A stretch of 64,000 bases of DNA. Origin: a virus. Lineage: Duplodnaviria > Caudoviricetes. Position 1 is the first letter of the stretch, and every line of letters begins with the position of its first letter. Of the stretch, positions 8,613-18,344 are shown one piece after another. The notes under the pieces are model-generated. The model made no database searches and had not been told where the DNA came from. It saw nothing but the letters and a program-made list of their open reading frames with translations. A program made the position numbers and the translations under genes. The stretch lies in IMG/VR virus record IMGVR_UViG_3300026094_000002. One strand, written 5' to 3'.

Positions 8613-9710
8613 TTAAAGCCCTGCTAAACGCTTCAGGTCGATCACGTTTGACTGTGATTCATTGTCCTGATTTGTCTGGGCAGTTTTATCTCCAGTAACC
8701 TCACGAACAGATTCAGTAACAGTTTGTTTTTTGGACTTCTTGTTACCATTCTCTGCCAGCACGGCTGGAAGATATTTGTCAAATGTCTTACGCAACCGTG
8801 AGGTCTGGACATTTTCTAGCAAATTCTTCATGACTTCTTGCTTCTCTTCATTTAGAGGAGCAAGCAACTCTTCCATAACAGCGTTACGTTTGTTGCCTTC
8901 TTCAATCATGCGAATTCTGCGTTCTTTTGACTCAACAATTTGAGTTTGTTTTTTCATGGTTTCGGTGGCCTCGGCCAACTTCTGATCTTTATCAGCAAGG
9001 ATCTTCTTTAGTTCACGCATCTCAGCATTTTCGTTGAGATGTGTTGTACCAAATTCAGATGCAAATGCCTCAAAGATACGGCGACCAAAGGTGTTCTCAC
9101 GAGCAGCTTTGATATCCTCTTTAAGTTGTCCAAGTTCAGCTTTAAGATGCTTGGCAACAGCCTGACTCATTTTGCCAGAACTCTCTTGAACGAATTTCTT
9201 CTTGAGTGTTTCTAGCTTATCCCGAGCCTCAGAAACTAAACGAACACGTGTTTCCACGACTGCTTGTTTGTCTTTCTGGAACTCGGCAATTTCTTCAGCC
9301 AGTGCACGAGTGACAAAGCTTTCCATTTTGGAAATTGCTTTCTCTTGTGTGCCACGTTCTTCACGTAGTTCGCCAATTTCTTCAGCAAGTTTAGAAACCA
9401 TAAAGTCGTTAAACTTCGTGGCATTTTCTTTTAACTTACTGTTGAAACGGACGCGGTCTTCAGCCAAGGCTTTCTTTTCTTCCTTGACAGCTTGGACCTC
9501 ACTAGTGATGCCGTCTGTAACCATGCGATCTAATGCTTCCACCATTACCTGTTTGTCATGCTCGTACTTTCCTGCAAACTCCTCACGAAGTTCTGCACGG
9601 ATTTCATTACGAGCCTCATTAAGTTTAGCTTCCCAAGCTTCGGAGATCTCTTGGCGAGTGTCTTCGTTGATTAGGTCGCTGTCTAGTAATGGCTTGATAG
9701 CATCTAACAT
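8613..9710 (-). CDS. gp22: Prohead core scaffold protein, gp22-like
   Basis: Coiled-coil, E/K-rich 365-aa protein between protease and capsid genes, the canonical 21-22-23 order. Confidence 0.75.
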   Translation of the reverse strand: MLDAIKPLLDSDLINEDTRQEISEAWEAKLNEARNEIRAELREEFAGKYEHDKQVMVEALDRMVTDGITSEVQAVKEEKKALAEDRVRFNSKLKENATKFNDFMVSKLAEEIGELREERGTQEKAISKMESFVTRALAEEIAEFQKDKQAVVETRVRLVSEARDKLETLKKKFVQESSGKMSQAVAKHLKAELGQLKEDIKAARENTFGRRIFEAFASEFGTTHLNENAEMRELKKILADKDQKLAEATETMKKQTQIVESKERRIRMIEEGNKRNAVMEELLAPLNEEKQEVMKNLLENVQTSRLRKTFDKYLPAVLAENGNKKSKKQTVTESVREVTGDKTAQTNQDNESQSNVIDLKRLAGL

Positions 9711-9720
9711 GCGTTTCTCC

Positions 9721-10347
9721 CTAGATTTTCAAATCCTTGATTAGGCGAATTACTTCGCTTTTCAAGTATTTTTGAACTTTGTTGTCCATTCCAGCTTCCT
9801 TTCCCATTTCCAACAACTTATGACCATTCTTCATATTAAGAAGACCTTCATAAATTGCCGTTGGATATGCGTTAGGAGCACTGGGCTGGGCTACTACATC
9901 AACAGTGACTATTTCAAAGTCACTGACATGTCCTGTTGTGTTGTCAACATTACCGCTTCCACGGCTTGAAACACCCAATTTAACTCCGGATTGAAGCATT
10001 GTTTTAACCAGTTCACCCATGGGCGTTGGCAAAACTTTTAGTTTGCCGTAACCATTGGGTCCGTCCATCCACATCTCTGTAATCATGTGTGACACACGAT
10101 CAAGATTGATTTTTAGATCATCTGGATGGTCAACTTCACCTAATACAGAGTTTCCGCTCGTAATTTCTTCGTTAAGAGTTTTTACTGCTGTATCAATTTC
10201 ATTGACTGGATAAACACGCTCATTGGCATTTTTTACACCACCTTGGATGCAAATGCCTTTCATATACAAACTCTTGCCATTATCTGCATCCTCAAGTACA
10301 ATCTGGGCTGCATCGAATGTGAGGTGTTCTTTCAAATAATGACTCAT
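9721..10347 (-). CDS. gp21: Prohead protease, gp21-like
   Basis: GVKNANERVYP, LGEVDHP, LDRVSH, KLGVSSRGSG and DVVAQPSAPNA motifs. Confidence 0.92.
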   Translation of the reverse strand: MSHYLKEHLTFDAAQIVLEDADNGKSLYMKGICIQGGVKNANERVYPVNEIDTAVKTLNEEITSGNSVLGEVDHPDDLKINLDRVSHMITEMWMDGPNGYGKLKVLPTPMGELVKTMLQSGVKLGVSSRGSGNVDNTTGHVSDFEIVTVDVVAQPSAPNAYPTAIYEGLLNMKNGHKLLEMGKEAGMDNKVQKYLKSEVIRLIKDLKI

Positions 10348-10356
10348 TTGATATCC

Positions 10357-11094
10357 TTAGTTAAATGTGCTTTTTGTGTTGACTTCGCTTGGCTCTGAGT
10401 CTGTTGCAGTTGGTGCTTTGTCAAGCTTATCAACGTGCGTGGTATGACCCATGTCCTTTGCGTCAGGTGCGTTGCGGCCTTTTTCGTCGCTGTCACCCAA
10501 CTTGAATGGGTCAGCGTCGATGCCTTTGGCACCTGAGTTTGCAGCTACTGTGCTTTTGTCATGCACAAAGCTTTCTTCTGAATCTTTTGCTTTAGGAGCG
10601 GCTTCAAGTTCAAGGGCTTCGTCAAGTTCAAGCGTTTCGTCTTCCATGTCGCTTGGCTCGTCACCCATTTCTTCTGTGTCTTCCATGTCGCCCATGTCTT
10701 GTACTGATTCTTCGCCTTCTTCAGAAGTCATTAATGTTTCAAACTCAGCCATTAGTTCGTCAAGTTTGTCCTCAACATCAACTACACGGTCTTCAAGTTC
10801 TTCAACTTCTTCCTCGGCGTCATCACCGTTATCAGTATCTTCCATGTCTCCAAGGTCCATATCATCTTCTTCGGAATCATCTTCCGAATCCATTGACATG
10901 CCCTCTTCATCACTTTCGATATCAGTTATAAAGTCATCAGCAGCGTCGCCACCGAGTTCTTCTGTGTCCTCTTCGGACATGAGGTTTTCGTAAATGTCAC
11001 GACTTTTTTCCACGACAATTTCGTGAAATAGTTCGCGAGCTTTTGCCTCTTCATCATTGATCACGTATTCGATCAGACGTTCAAACTTTTCCAT
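10357..11094 (-). CDS. Highly acidic prohead core-type protein
   Basis: D/E-rich 245-aa ORF upstream of gp21; GGAGG RBS and TAAATA at 11126-11131. Confidence 0.7.
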   Translation of the reverse strand: MEKFERLIEYVINDEEAKARELFHEIVVEKSRDIYENLMSEEDTEELGGDAADDFITDIESDEEGMSMDSEDDSEEDDMDLGDMEDTDNGDDAEEEVEELEDRVVDVEDKLDELMAEFETLMTSEEGEESVQDMGDMEDTEEMGDEPSDMEDETLELDEALELEAAPKAKDSEESFVHDKSTVAANSGAKGIDADPFKLGDSDEKGRNAPDAKDMGHTTHVDKLDKAPTATDSEPSEVNTKSTFN

Positions 11095-11218
11095 TAGATC
11101 CTCCAGATATGGCTCGTCTTGATATTATTTACAAAAATGTTACATAAAACGGGTGTTTAGGGCATATTTTTGTAAAAAAATAATGTTTTAGCGGGATATT
11201 ATTGATTTTTGTAGAAAA

Positions 11219-11452
11219 TTACAGTTCCATTGCAGATTCTGCGTCACCACCAGATTGGGAGTATTGTTTTTTTATACGCTCAACTTTTTGTTGTTCCTCA
11301 TATGCACGAACATCTTGCATTCGTCGGAGTTTATTGATTTGCATTAGCGTTAGTCGACTTTTTCTAAGATCATCAAGTCCTATTGTACTGTTATCATCTT
11401 CAATATCTTGAAAATCATCAGGGGGCAAATCAAACATTTCATTTAAATTCAT
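11219..11452 (-). CDS. Small head-module hypothetical protein
   Basis: 77 aa (RKSRLTLMQINKLRRM); TAAATA 5 nt upstream of the ATG. Confidence 0.7.
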   Translation of the reverse strand: MNLNEMFDLPPDDFQDIEDDNSTIGLDDLRKSRLTLMQINKLRRMQDVRAYEEQQKVERIKKQYSQSGGDAESAMEL

Positions 11453-11499
11453 AATAATATTTATTCTTTTATTGATATAAAATTTGTCTGGTGTTAGGT

Positions 11500-12963
11500 C
11501 TAACCTACAGAATTCTCAAGTGTTATTTCTAATAATTTTTGTGCTTCTACTGCAAACTCCATTGGCAACTCTCTGAAAACTTCTTTACAAAATCCATTGA
11601 CAATCATAGAAACTGCGTCTTCTGCTGATATGCCTCTAGACAAACAATATAGAATTTGATCTTCGCCGATTTTAGAGGTAGTTGCTTCATGTTCTAATTG
11701 TGCAGTACTATTATTGATATCAAGATATGGAAAAGTATGAGCACCACAAGTATCACTCATCAACATAGAATCACATTGTGAGTAATTTCTTGCGTTCTCT
11801 GCAGTTGGTGCCACCCTCACAAGACCACGATATACTTGAGTACCTTCGTCTGCTGATATTCCCTTTGACACAATTGTACTATTGGTATTTTTACCAAGAT
11901 GAATCATTTTTGTGCCAGTATCTGCTTGCTGTCGCATCCGACTTACTGCAACACTATAAAACTCGCCCGTTGAGTTGTCTCCTTTTAGCACAACAGAAGG
12001 ATACTTCCACGTTATAGCAGAGCCGGTTTCTACTTGTGTCCAAGATATCTTTGAATTATCACCTTTACACATCCCTCGTTTAGTAACGAAGTTATATACA
12101 CCACCCTTTCCCTCTTTATCACCGGGGTACCAGTTTTGAACAGTAGAATACTTTATTTGGGCGTTATCTAATGCAACCAACTCAACGACTGCAGCGTGTA
12201 GTTGGTGTTCATCTCTCATTGGTGCTGTGCAACCTTCTAGGTATGAAACGGTTGCAGAATCTTCGGCTATAATAAGAGTTCTCTCAAACTGTCCTGTATT
12301 GGCTGCATTAATTCTAAAGTATGTTGATAACTCCATTGGACATTTCACACCCTTTGGAATATAAACAAATGAACCATCTGTAAAAACAGCAGAGTTAAGT
12401 GCTGCAAAGAAGTTATCATTATGTGGTATAACTGTTCCCAGATATTCCTTTACCAATTCTGGATGCTCTTGTACAGCCTCGCTCATTGAGCAGAATATAA
12501 TACCTTTCTCTGCTAATTTTTCTTTATACGACGTAGCCACAGACACAGAATCAAAAACAGCATCCACTGCAACGTTAGTCACCCCTGCCAACATTTCTTG
12601 CTCATATAAAGGAATACCTAACTTGTCATAAGTGGCTTTTATCTCAGGATCTATATCATCTAGGCTTTCTGGGCGGTCTGCATCTGATTTTGGGGCTGAG
12701 AAATAAGAAATTGCCTGATAATCAATTGGGTCATAATGTACATACTGCCAATTAGGATGTTCCATTTTTAACCAATTTCTATAAGCGGTTAATCTCCATT
12801 CCAATAACCATTCGGGTTCATTCTTTTTTGCAGATATAAAACGTATTACATCTTCATTTAATCCGGGTTCAATGGTATCTTGATCAATATCAGTAAAGAA
12901 CCCTGCTTCATATCCTTTACCGGAAAAATCTTCTAGCGTGGTTGCGGCTGTTACATCTGCCAT
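11500..12963 (-). CDS. sufB: Fe-S cluster assembly scaffold protein SufB
   Basis: [51 protein letters not shown]...[35 protein letters not shown] and EHEATTSKI motifs. Start at 12963 behind an AGGAGG RBS gives 487 aa. Confidence 0.95.
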   Translation of the reverse strand: MADVTAATTLEDFSGKGYEAGFFTDIDQDTIEPGLNEDVIRFISAKKNEPEWLLEWRLTAYRNWLKMEHPNWQYVHYDPIDYQAISYFSAPKSDADRPESLDDIDPEIKATYDKLGIPLYEQEMLAGVTNVAVDAVFDSVSVATSYKEKLAEKGIIFCSMSEAVQEHPELVKEYLGTVIPHNDNFFAALNSAVFTDGSFVYIPKGVKCPMELSTYFRINAANTGQFERTLIIAEDSATVSYLEGCTAPMRDEHQLHAAVVELVALDNAQIKYSTVQNWYPGDKEGKGGVYNFVTKRGMCKGDNSKISWTQVETGSAITWKYPSVVLKGDNSTGEFYSVAVSRMRQQADTGTKMIHLGKNTNSTIVSKGISADEGTQVYRGLVRVAPTAENARNYSQCDSMLMSDTCGAHTFPYLDINNSTAQLEHEATTSKIGEDQILYCLSRGISAEDAVSMIVNGFCKEVFRELPMEFAVEAQKLLEITLENSVG

Positions 12964-13046
12964 CCTTTCGCCTCCTGTATGGTGTTGATGGAAATTTTGC
13001 GTTTCATTTGTTGAAACGTAAATGACTTGTAGATGAAACGAAAAAA

Positions 13047-14804
13047 TCAAGTTTCATCTGGTTCTGCATCACCGCCTACGTCATCTCCACCTTCTAGATC
13101 AAGATCATCGCCTTCTAAATCAAGATCAAGGTCATCAGCGGTTTCAAGGTCACTATCCATGTCACCCGGCATCATTCCTACTGAACGCAAATCTTGGCCA
13201 GATGCTTCTGCTGGTTCTGATTCGCTTTGTTCTTCTGCCCACAGTTGTTCGTTTTCTACTAATTCTTCTTCGGTTAGACCTAAGAAACGTTTTAGGGCAA
13301 ATCTTTTGCTGATGTATCCCAAACCTTCAACACTCTGGAATGCATTGATCCTAGTATTATCAAGTTCAGCCTGACGATAACTTGCAAAGTTTTGTGGCGG
13401 AGTAAATGATAAGTTGAATAAGCTTGCATCAATATTGAACCCTCTCCAACGAAGGAACATTTTGAATTCATCATCTAGTTTTTGTATTATTAACCGTTGT
13501 AGTCGCTGACAATACTGATTAAATCTATGCTCTTGTATTAAGGCAGTTCCCAAACGACCGTCATTTGAAGTTCTTTCTGAATCTTCAGGTCCAGTTGGAA
13601 GATAACTTGATGGAACACGAAGTCCTCGTGCTAACTTGTTGTTAAAATACTTAAGATCATCAATCTCGCCCAAATTCTGGCCGCCGGGAAGTACATCAAC
13701 TGAACTTCCTCGTCCGTCTGCTGATTGTGGGAAGAAATAATCCTCGTGTGTTGACAGAGGATTATAACTTGAGTCTAATACCTGATCACCACCACCATCA
13801 TTTGTAGGAATCCTACGTTGGTGAATCTCATTTTTAATTCTTTCAACAAACTGCATAGCCAAATGACTTGGCATATCGCCGGTATCTATCTTAAATACTC
13901 TGCGTTCTGGTGCACGTTGAACACGGTAAATTAATATAGCATCCTCAAGTAATTCCTTTTGCTTGAATACTTTGAATACCATTTCTAGTATGCTCTGACC
14001 AAACGGCCAGTACATATCAAGTCCTTCAGACAAACTCATATGCACAACGTGCTCAGCGTCAAGGCACATTTCATTCGCTGTAGTAGAAAATCTTCCTTCT
14101 TGACCTAATGGGGCATTGGGAACAGTTCTGTTATACTGGCTTTGATAACCACCGGAAGTTGGTGTTACCTGATAATCCGTAGTTGTTTTTGGTGCAACAG
14201 TTAAATTCTGAAAGTTTGGATTAATGTCTTGAATAACATATTGTTCTGGACGCTTGCCTTCACTTTCATTGACGATTACTCGGTTGACTTTTGTCATATC
14301 AACCCAGTACATCTCAAATGTTTCTGGGTCTCTTACAAATACCTGATCACCATACTTGATAGTGTTACGAAACAGTTTAAAAATTCGTTGGTCTAATTTA
14401 TTGATCTTGCACCACTGCTGAAGTTGCTTTTTGATTATATCAACTTCATTGTCGGTTGGATCATCCATGTAATTTACTTCAAATGGAGTACCATTCTGGT
14501 CATTCTCTTGAGTACAAAATTCTGCCAAAATATCTAAACAAGCATTGATCTCTGCATCCATGTCCATGTTTTCATATTGGTTATATCTTTCAACACGGTT
14601 AGGGTGTCCAGTATAAACTTCTGGTAATCGGCTTTGGTAATTTCTAAAAGATACATCTGAACCTGAGGTAGATCCACCATATCCGGTTCCGTAATTTATA
14701 CCTCGGTTGTTGTTTCCAGATATTGGACTTAAGTTTCCACCGGGATCTGCTACTTTAAAGTATTTTTTCCAGCCACCACTGCTGGTTTTTGTCATTTTGG
14801 CCAT
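13047..14804 (-). CDS. gp20: Portal vertex protein, gp20-like
   Basis: [28 protein letters not shown] and [25 protein letters not shown] motifs. Confidence 0.93.
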   Translation of the reverse strand: MAKMTKTSSGGWKKYFKVADPGGNLSPISGNNNRGINYGTGYGGSTSGSDVSFRNYQSRLPEVYTGHPNRVERYNQYENMDMDAEINACLDILAEFCTQENDQNGTPFEVNYMDDPTDNEVDIIKKQLQQWCKINKLDQRIFKLFRNTIKYGDQVFVRDPETFEMYWVDMTKVNRVIVNESEGKRPEQYVIQDINPNFQNLTVAPKTTTDYQVTPTSGGYQSQYNRTVPNAPLGQEGRFSTTANEMCLDAEHVVHMSLSEGLDMYWPFGQSILEMVFKVFKQKELLEDAILIYRVQRAPERRVFKIDTGDMPSHLAMQFVERIKNEIHQRRIPTNDGGGDQVLDSSYNPLSTHEDYFFPQSADGRGSSVDVLPGGQNLGEIDDLKYFNNKLARGLRVPSSYLPTGPEDSERTSNDGRLGTALIQEHRFNQYCQRLQRLIIQKLDDEFKMFLRWRGFNIDASLFNLSFTPPQNFASYRQAELDNTRINAFQSVEGLGYISKRFALKRFLGLTEEELVENEQLWAEEQSESEPAEASGQDLRSVGMMPGDMDSDLETADDLDLDLEGDDLDLEGGDDVGGDAEPDET

Positions 14805-14818
14805 GTTTTTATTTACCG

Positions 14819-17182
14819 TTATGCATATGAGTTCTGTAGGATTTTACTCATAATGCTGTTGTTTGATTCTGAAACTCTGATTAAACTGTCTAATTTTGTA
14901 GTTTGATCCTGAATACTTCTCAACTGTTCTCGTAAATTGCGATTTAGTGTTTGAGTTTGTTCGTTTGGACTGTTGTCATTGACAGGAGATGTCATATTAT
15001 TTGACAGTGTTTCAATGCCATCAACAAAAGTATTTGTCATATTATTAATATCAGTCATATATGTCATGACATTATTAAAACCACTACTAATATTATCAAA
15101 TGAATTTAAAGTGCCACCAAGGTTATTAGTGAATCCATCTATGATATTTTCAAAATTTCCTAATCCACTTAGAGATACAGGAATTGAATCACCATCAGGA
15201 AGTGGGACTACAGCCTCAGTACCGTGCATTAACGACAGATATCCCGAATCAGGGCCTGTACTAATCCCGCCTGTGCGATAAGAGCTTATTTCATCCAACC
15301 CAATCTCAAGTTGCTTAGATATTTCTTCAGCAACCTGATCTTTATATTGTCTACCAGCAGATGCTTCGTCATGTTTGTCTAAACCTAAGTATCTCTGGGC
15401 GAGAGCACTTATTAGCGTTGTGTCTTCATTTCTTTCTGATAGATTGGTGTCTAAATCTACTCCCGGTATTCCTCTAACAATGCGTCTGGCAGTATTGCCT
15501 TCCGGGTCGCCGGGCCCAGAGAACAAATCTTTAGCTGTGATTGTACTTTTGGTTTTTAAAGCATCAATTAGGCTTCCAACAACGCGGCCTTCTTGTGTCT
15601 CATATGCTGTTTTTCCCGACGCTGAAAACTCTACTTTACCACTGCCCATTATTGATGGGGATTCTGGTATGGCGTCCATTCCTGCTGTAGATCCGCTAAG
15701 AAAATTAGCACCTGCTGCTTGTTCGCCTTCTTCTCTGCCGATAAACGGCATTGTTTCTAGTAACTCAACAACACTTCGTGTGACTCCTGCAAAACTTTCC
15801 ATCATTGCCGTTGCAGGTGCCACACCGTCTTGTACCATAGCCTGAAGTGCATCACGTGTATCCATTTGAGCAATTCTTAAGTCTGTGCTCATTCCGACTA
15901 AACTGTTTTGTTGTTCAGTAGTGTCTTCTTGTGCAAGATAAGCTTCTTTCATCCTCTCAGTAAGATTTCCTTGTGCACTGTTTAAAGCATCTGCACCTTC
16001 AGAAAATTGACCCATAGCTTGATCAAATGAACCTGTCAACCCCAGCACAAGATCTCTGTTTGCTGATTCTCCTAAACTCGTTACAAAATCTTCAACAAAT
16101 TGGATTGGATCGGTGACACCTTCAGCCAAATCCGTGGCTTGCTTAAGTGCTTCGCCGCGTGTTCTGACCATAAGCTGTGTGGCTTCTTCGCCTACTACGA
16201 AGCCTGTTATTAATGATCTAAGACCTTTTTCAGCACCCGGGAATTCTTCTGCTATAAGGCCAAACATCCGCTCTATTTGCTCAGCACGTTCCTCTTCTCC
16301 ACTATTTCTGAGTTGCAACATTTTTGCACGAAATTGTTGATCACGACGAGCAGCTATTATATTTTCCTCTAACTGGTCCCTCTGAATACCAGTGGCACGG
16401 GTGAGTGCATCAACAGTTTTTAAGTATTCTTCTGAAGAATCAGTTAACTGGCGTGTGCTTCGGCTCTGTGTCATCCCAACTTGAGATTGTAATGCAATAT
16501 AATCTACCATTGCCTCATTCATCTCAGGCACGGTATACCCAAGCATCATAAATTCTCTACGAAGGTTTGTTTGTGTAATCCCAGCGGCAATCTCTCCTAA
16601 TTGGTTGGTCGCTTCACCAACTGTTGGAGCGAATTTGGATAGTTCCTGACGATTATTCGCTATCATCTGGGTGAACTGGTCAAGTTGTTCAATACCCATT
16701 GTAAATTTTTGAAGGTTTTCAAAAACTTGATCAAGACCACCAGCGGTAGCTGCACCAGATTTAGCTAAGTCTTGATAGCTACTATAAAGAGTGTCGCCCT
16801 GTTCAGCAGCAGCCTGTAAGTAATTTGACATACCTCTTATTGCAACCGAGGCAATTCCTGCAGCTTTTCCCAGTCCCGGAATTGCAAAGACCAAACCAGA
16901 TAATACCGAACTTAGAGAATCTAGAGAGTCGTTAAATGAAGACGCACCCTGATCACCACGGTACATTGATCTACCTAAATCAGTGGCGGTTCTTCCTAAT
17001 TTATTGAACGCTCCTTTGAGATCATTGGTTTCTTTAGTGGCTTGTTTAAGTTTGTCTTTGAGTTTGTCCATCTCATCATAGACTTCTTTGCTGACATCTT
17101 TGCCACGTTTTTGTGCCTCATTAACCTCTTCCATTAAATCTGCAAGACGGGCTAAAATATCTTGTACTTCTCTTTCATCCAT
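14819..17182 (-). CDS. Tape-measure-like tail protein
   Basis: 787-aa helical A/Q/G-rich protein with a GGISTGPDSGY...HGTEAVVPLP motif near the C-terminus; divergent from the gp26-like gene. Confidence 0.6.
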   Translation of the reverse strand: MDEREVQDILARLADLMEEVNEAQKRGKDVSKEVYDEMDKLKDKLKQATKETNDLKGAFNKLGRTATDLGRSMYRGDQGASSFNDSLDSLSSVLSGLVFAIPGLGKAAGIASVAIRGMSNYLQAAAEQGDTLYSSYQDLAKSGAATAGGLDQVFENLQKFTMGIEQLDQFTQMIANNRQELSKFAPTVGEATNQLGEIAAGITQTNLRREFMMLGYTVPEMNEAMVDYIALQSQVGMTQSRSTRQLTDSSEEYLKTVDALTRATGIQRDQLEENIIAARRDQQFRAKMLQLRNSGEEERAEQIERMFGLIAEEFPGAEKGLRSLITGFVVGEEATQLMVRTRGEALKQATDLAEGVTDPIQFVEDFVTSLGESANRDLVLGLTGSFDQAMGQFSEGADALNSAQGNLTERMKEAYLAQEDTTEQQNSLVGMSTDLRIAQMDTRDALQAMVQDGVAPATAMMESFAGVTRSVVELLETMPFIGREEGEQAAGANFLSGSTAGMDAIPESPSIMGSGKVEFSASGKTAYETQEGRVVGSLIDALKTKSTITAKDLFSGPGDPEGNTARRIVRGIPGVDLDTNLSERNEDTTLISALAQRYLGLDKHDEASAGRQYKDQVAEEISKQLEIGLDEISSYRTGGISTGPDSGYLSLMHGTEAVVPLPDGDSIPVSLSGLGNFENIIDGFTNNLGGTLNSFDNISSGFNNVMTYMTDINNMTNTFVDGIETLSNNMTSPVNDNSPNEQTQTLNRNLREQLRSIQDQTTKLDSLIRVSESNNSIMSKILQNSYA

Positions 17183-17206
17183 TTTGATTGACCTATAATA
17201 TGCGTA

Positions 17207-17237
17207 TATAAATAACTGATATATCTTATTTTATTTA
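17207..17237. promoter_or_regulatory. Divergent late promoters
   Basis: TATAAATA on + (17207-17214) facing the gp26-like gene and TAAATA on - (17232-17237) facing the tape-measure-like gene. Confidence 0.6.
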
Positions 17238-17248
17238 TGGAAGGAAAT

Positions 17249-18091
17249 ATGAACGATTCACAGAACCCACTCGCAGGATATTTTAGACAACCAGCAATTT
17301 ATATCCGGTTGCCATCAGATGGTCAGTATTACCCTGATGGAACATTACAACCATCAGAAAACAACGAATACCCGGTGCTGCCTATGACAGCAATGGATGA
17401 GATTTCTTATAGAACACCTGATGCACTGTATAATGGTCAGGCCGTGGTATCCGTAATACAAAGTTGTGTCCCAAATATCAAAAATGCTTGGGCTGTACCA
17501 GCCTGTGACATAGACACAATATTAATTGGTATTCGCATTGCAACTTATGGGCACGATTTGGATTTAACAGTGCAATGCCCAGAATGCAAAAACAAAGAAG
17601 ACAGAACACTTGATTTAAGACAAGCACTTGACCAGATAGAATCACCTGACTATACACTCCCGATTGCTCGTGGTGATTTAGAAATCTATCTAAAGCCAAT
17701 GAACTACAAAAATCTCAATGAAAACAACTCTATTCAGTTTGAAGAACAAAAAATTCTGCAAATGTTGCCTGACACTGATATAGATGAGAAAGAAAAGATA
17801 GAAAAAATGAACCAAGCATTAACAAAAATTACTGATATGACAGTTCATGCATTGGCACAAAATATCATATCTATAAAAACACCCGAAGCAAATGTCACTG
17901 AAACTGCTTACATAGCAGATTTTTTGAATAACACTGATCGTGAATTTTTTAATATGATCCGTGACACTATCACTGAAAGAAAGAGAAAATCAGAATTAAA
18001 ACCAGTTAGTGTTGAGTGTTCAGAGTGTAATCATACCTTTGAGCAAGGATACACAATGGATATGACAAATCTTTTCGGGGCCGCCTCTTAG
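17249..18091 (+). CDS. gp26: Baseplate hub subunit / assembly protein, gp26-like
   Basis: NPLAGYFRQP.IYIRLPS, two CxxC motifs (CPEC, CSEC), DTILIGIRIATYG. Start set at ATG 17249 behind AAGGA. Confidence 0.7.
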   Translation: MNDSQNPLAGYFRQPAIYIRLPSDGQYYPDGTLQPSENNEYPVLPMTAMDEISYRTPDALYNGQAVVSVIQSCVPNIKNAWAVPACDIDTILIGIRIATYGHDLDLTVQCPECKNKEDRTLDLRQALDQIESPDYTLPIARGDLEIYLKPMNYKNLNENNSIQFEEQKILQMLPDTDIDEKEKIEKMNQALTKITDMTVHALAQNIISIKTPEANVTETAYIADFLNNTDREFFNMIRDTITERKRKSELKPVSVECSECNHTFEQGYTMDMTNLFGAAS

Positions 18092-18108
18092 CAGCAGACC
18101 AAGAAGAG

Positions 18109-18306
18109 GTGGCCACTATTGTGGATAATATGGAGAAAGAAACTAACCAGATCAGACAAGAACTGGTGAAGATGTGTTGGTTTATGCGTGGTGGTATAAC
18201 CTACGACTTAGCACTACAATTAAGCCCACACGAAAGAAACATAATGTCTCAATTAGTCAAAGATAACTTAGAAACCACCAAGAAAACTGGTTTAAATTTC
18301 TTTTAA
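18109..18306 (+). CDS. Small gp51-like tail/hub assembly ORF (possibly expressed as a -1 frameshift extension of the upstream gene)
   Basis: CWFMRGGITY motif. Frame is open from 18043; the GTG start is buried in a hairpin. Confidence 0.6.
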   Translation: MATIVDNMEKETNQIRQELVKMCWFMRGGITYDLALQLSPHERNIMSQLVKDNLETTKKTGLNFF

Positions 18307-18344
18307 TCACCGATCTCACAAACACACACAAAGAACTAACTATC

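Noticed and set aside
9202-10993. Long antisense ORFs (9202-9744, 10451-10993; similarly 14973-15845, 30446-30997)
   Set aside because: Ser/Leu-rich mirror translations of real genes on the other strand, without independent signals.
13000-13040. GTTTCA...TGAAAC ends resembling a CRISPR repeat
   Set aside because: Only 17 nt, no repeat-spacer periodicity and no cas genes; kept only as a possible operator.
11500-13050. Intein in SufB, or the longer 516-aa start
   Set aside because: Length is normal with no splicing motifs; the ORF-track start overlaps the portal stop, while ATG 12963 has a strong RBS.
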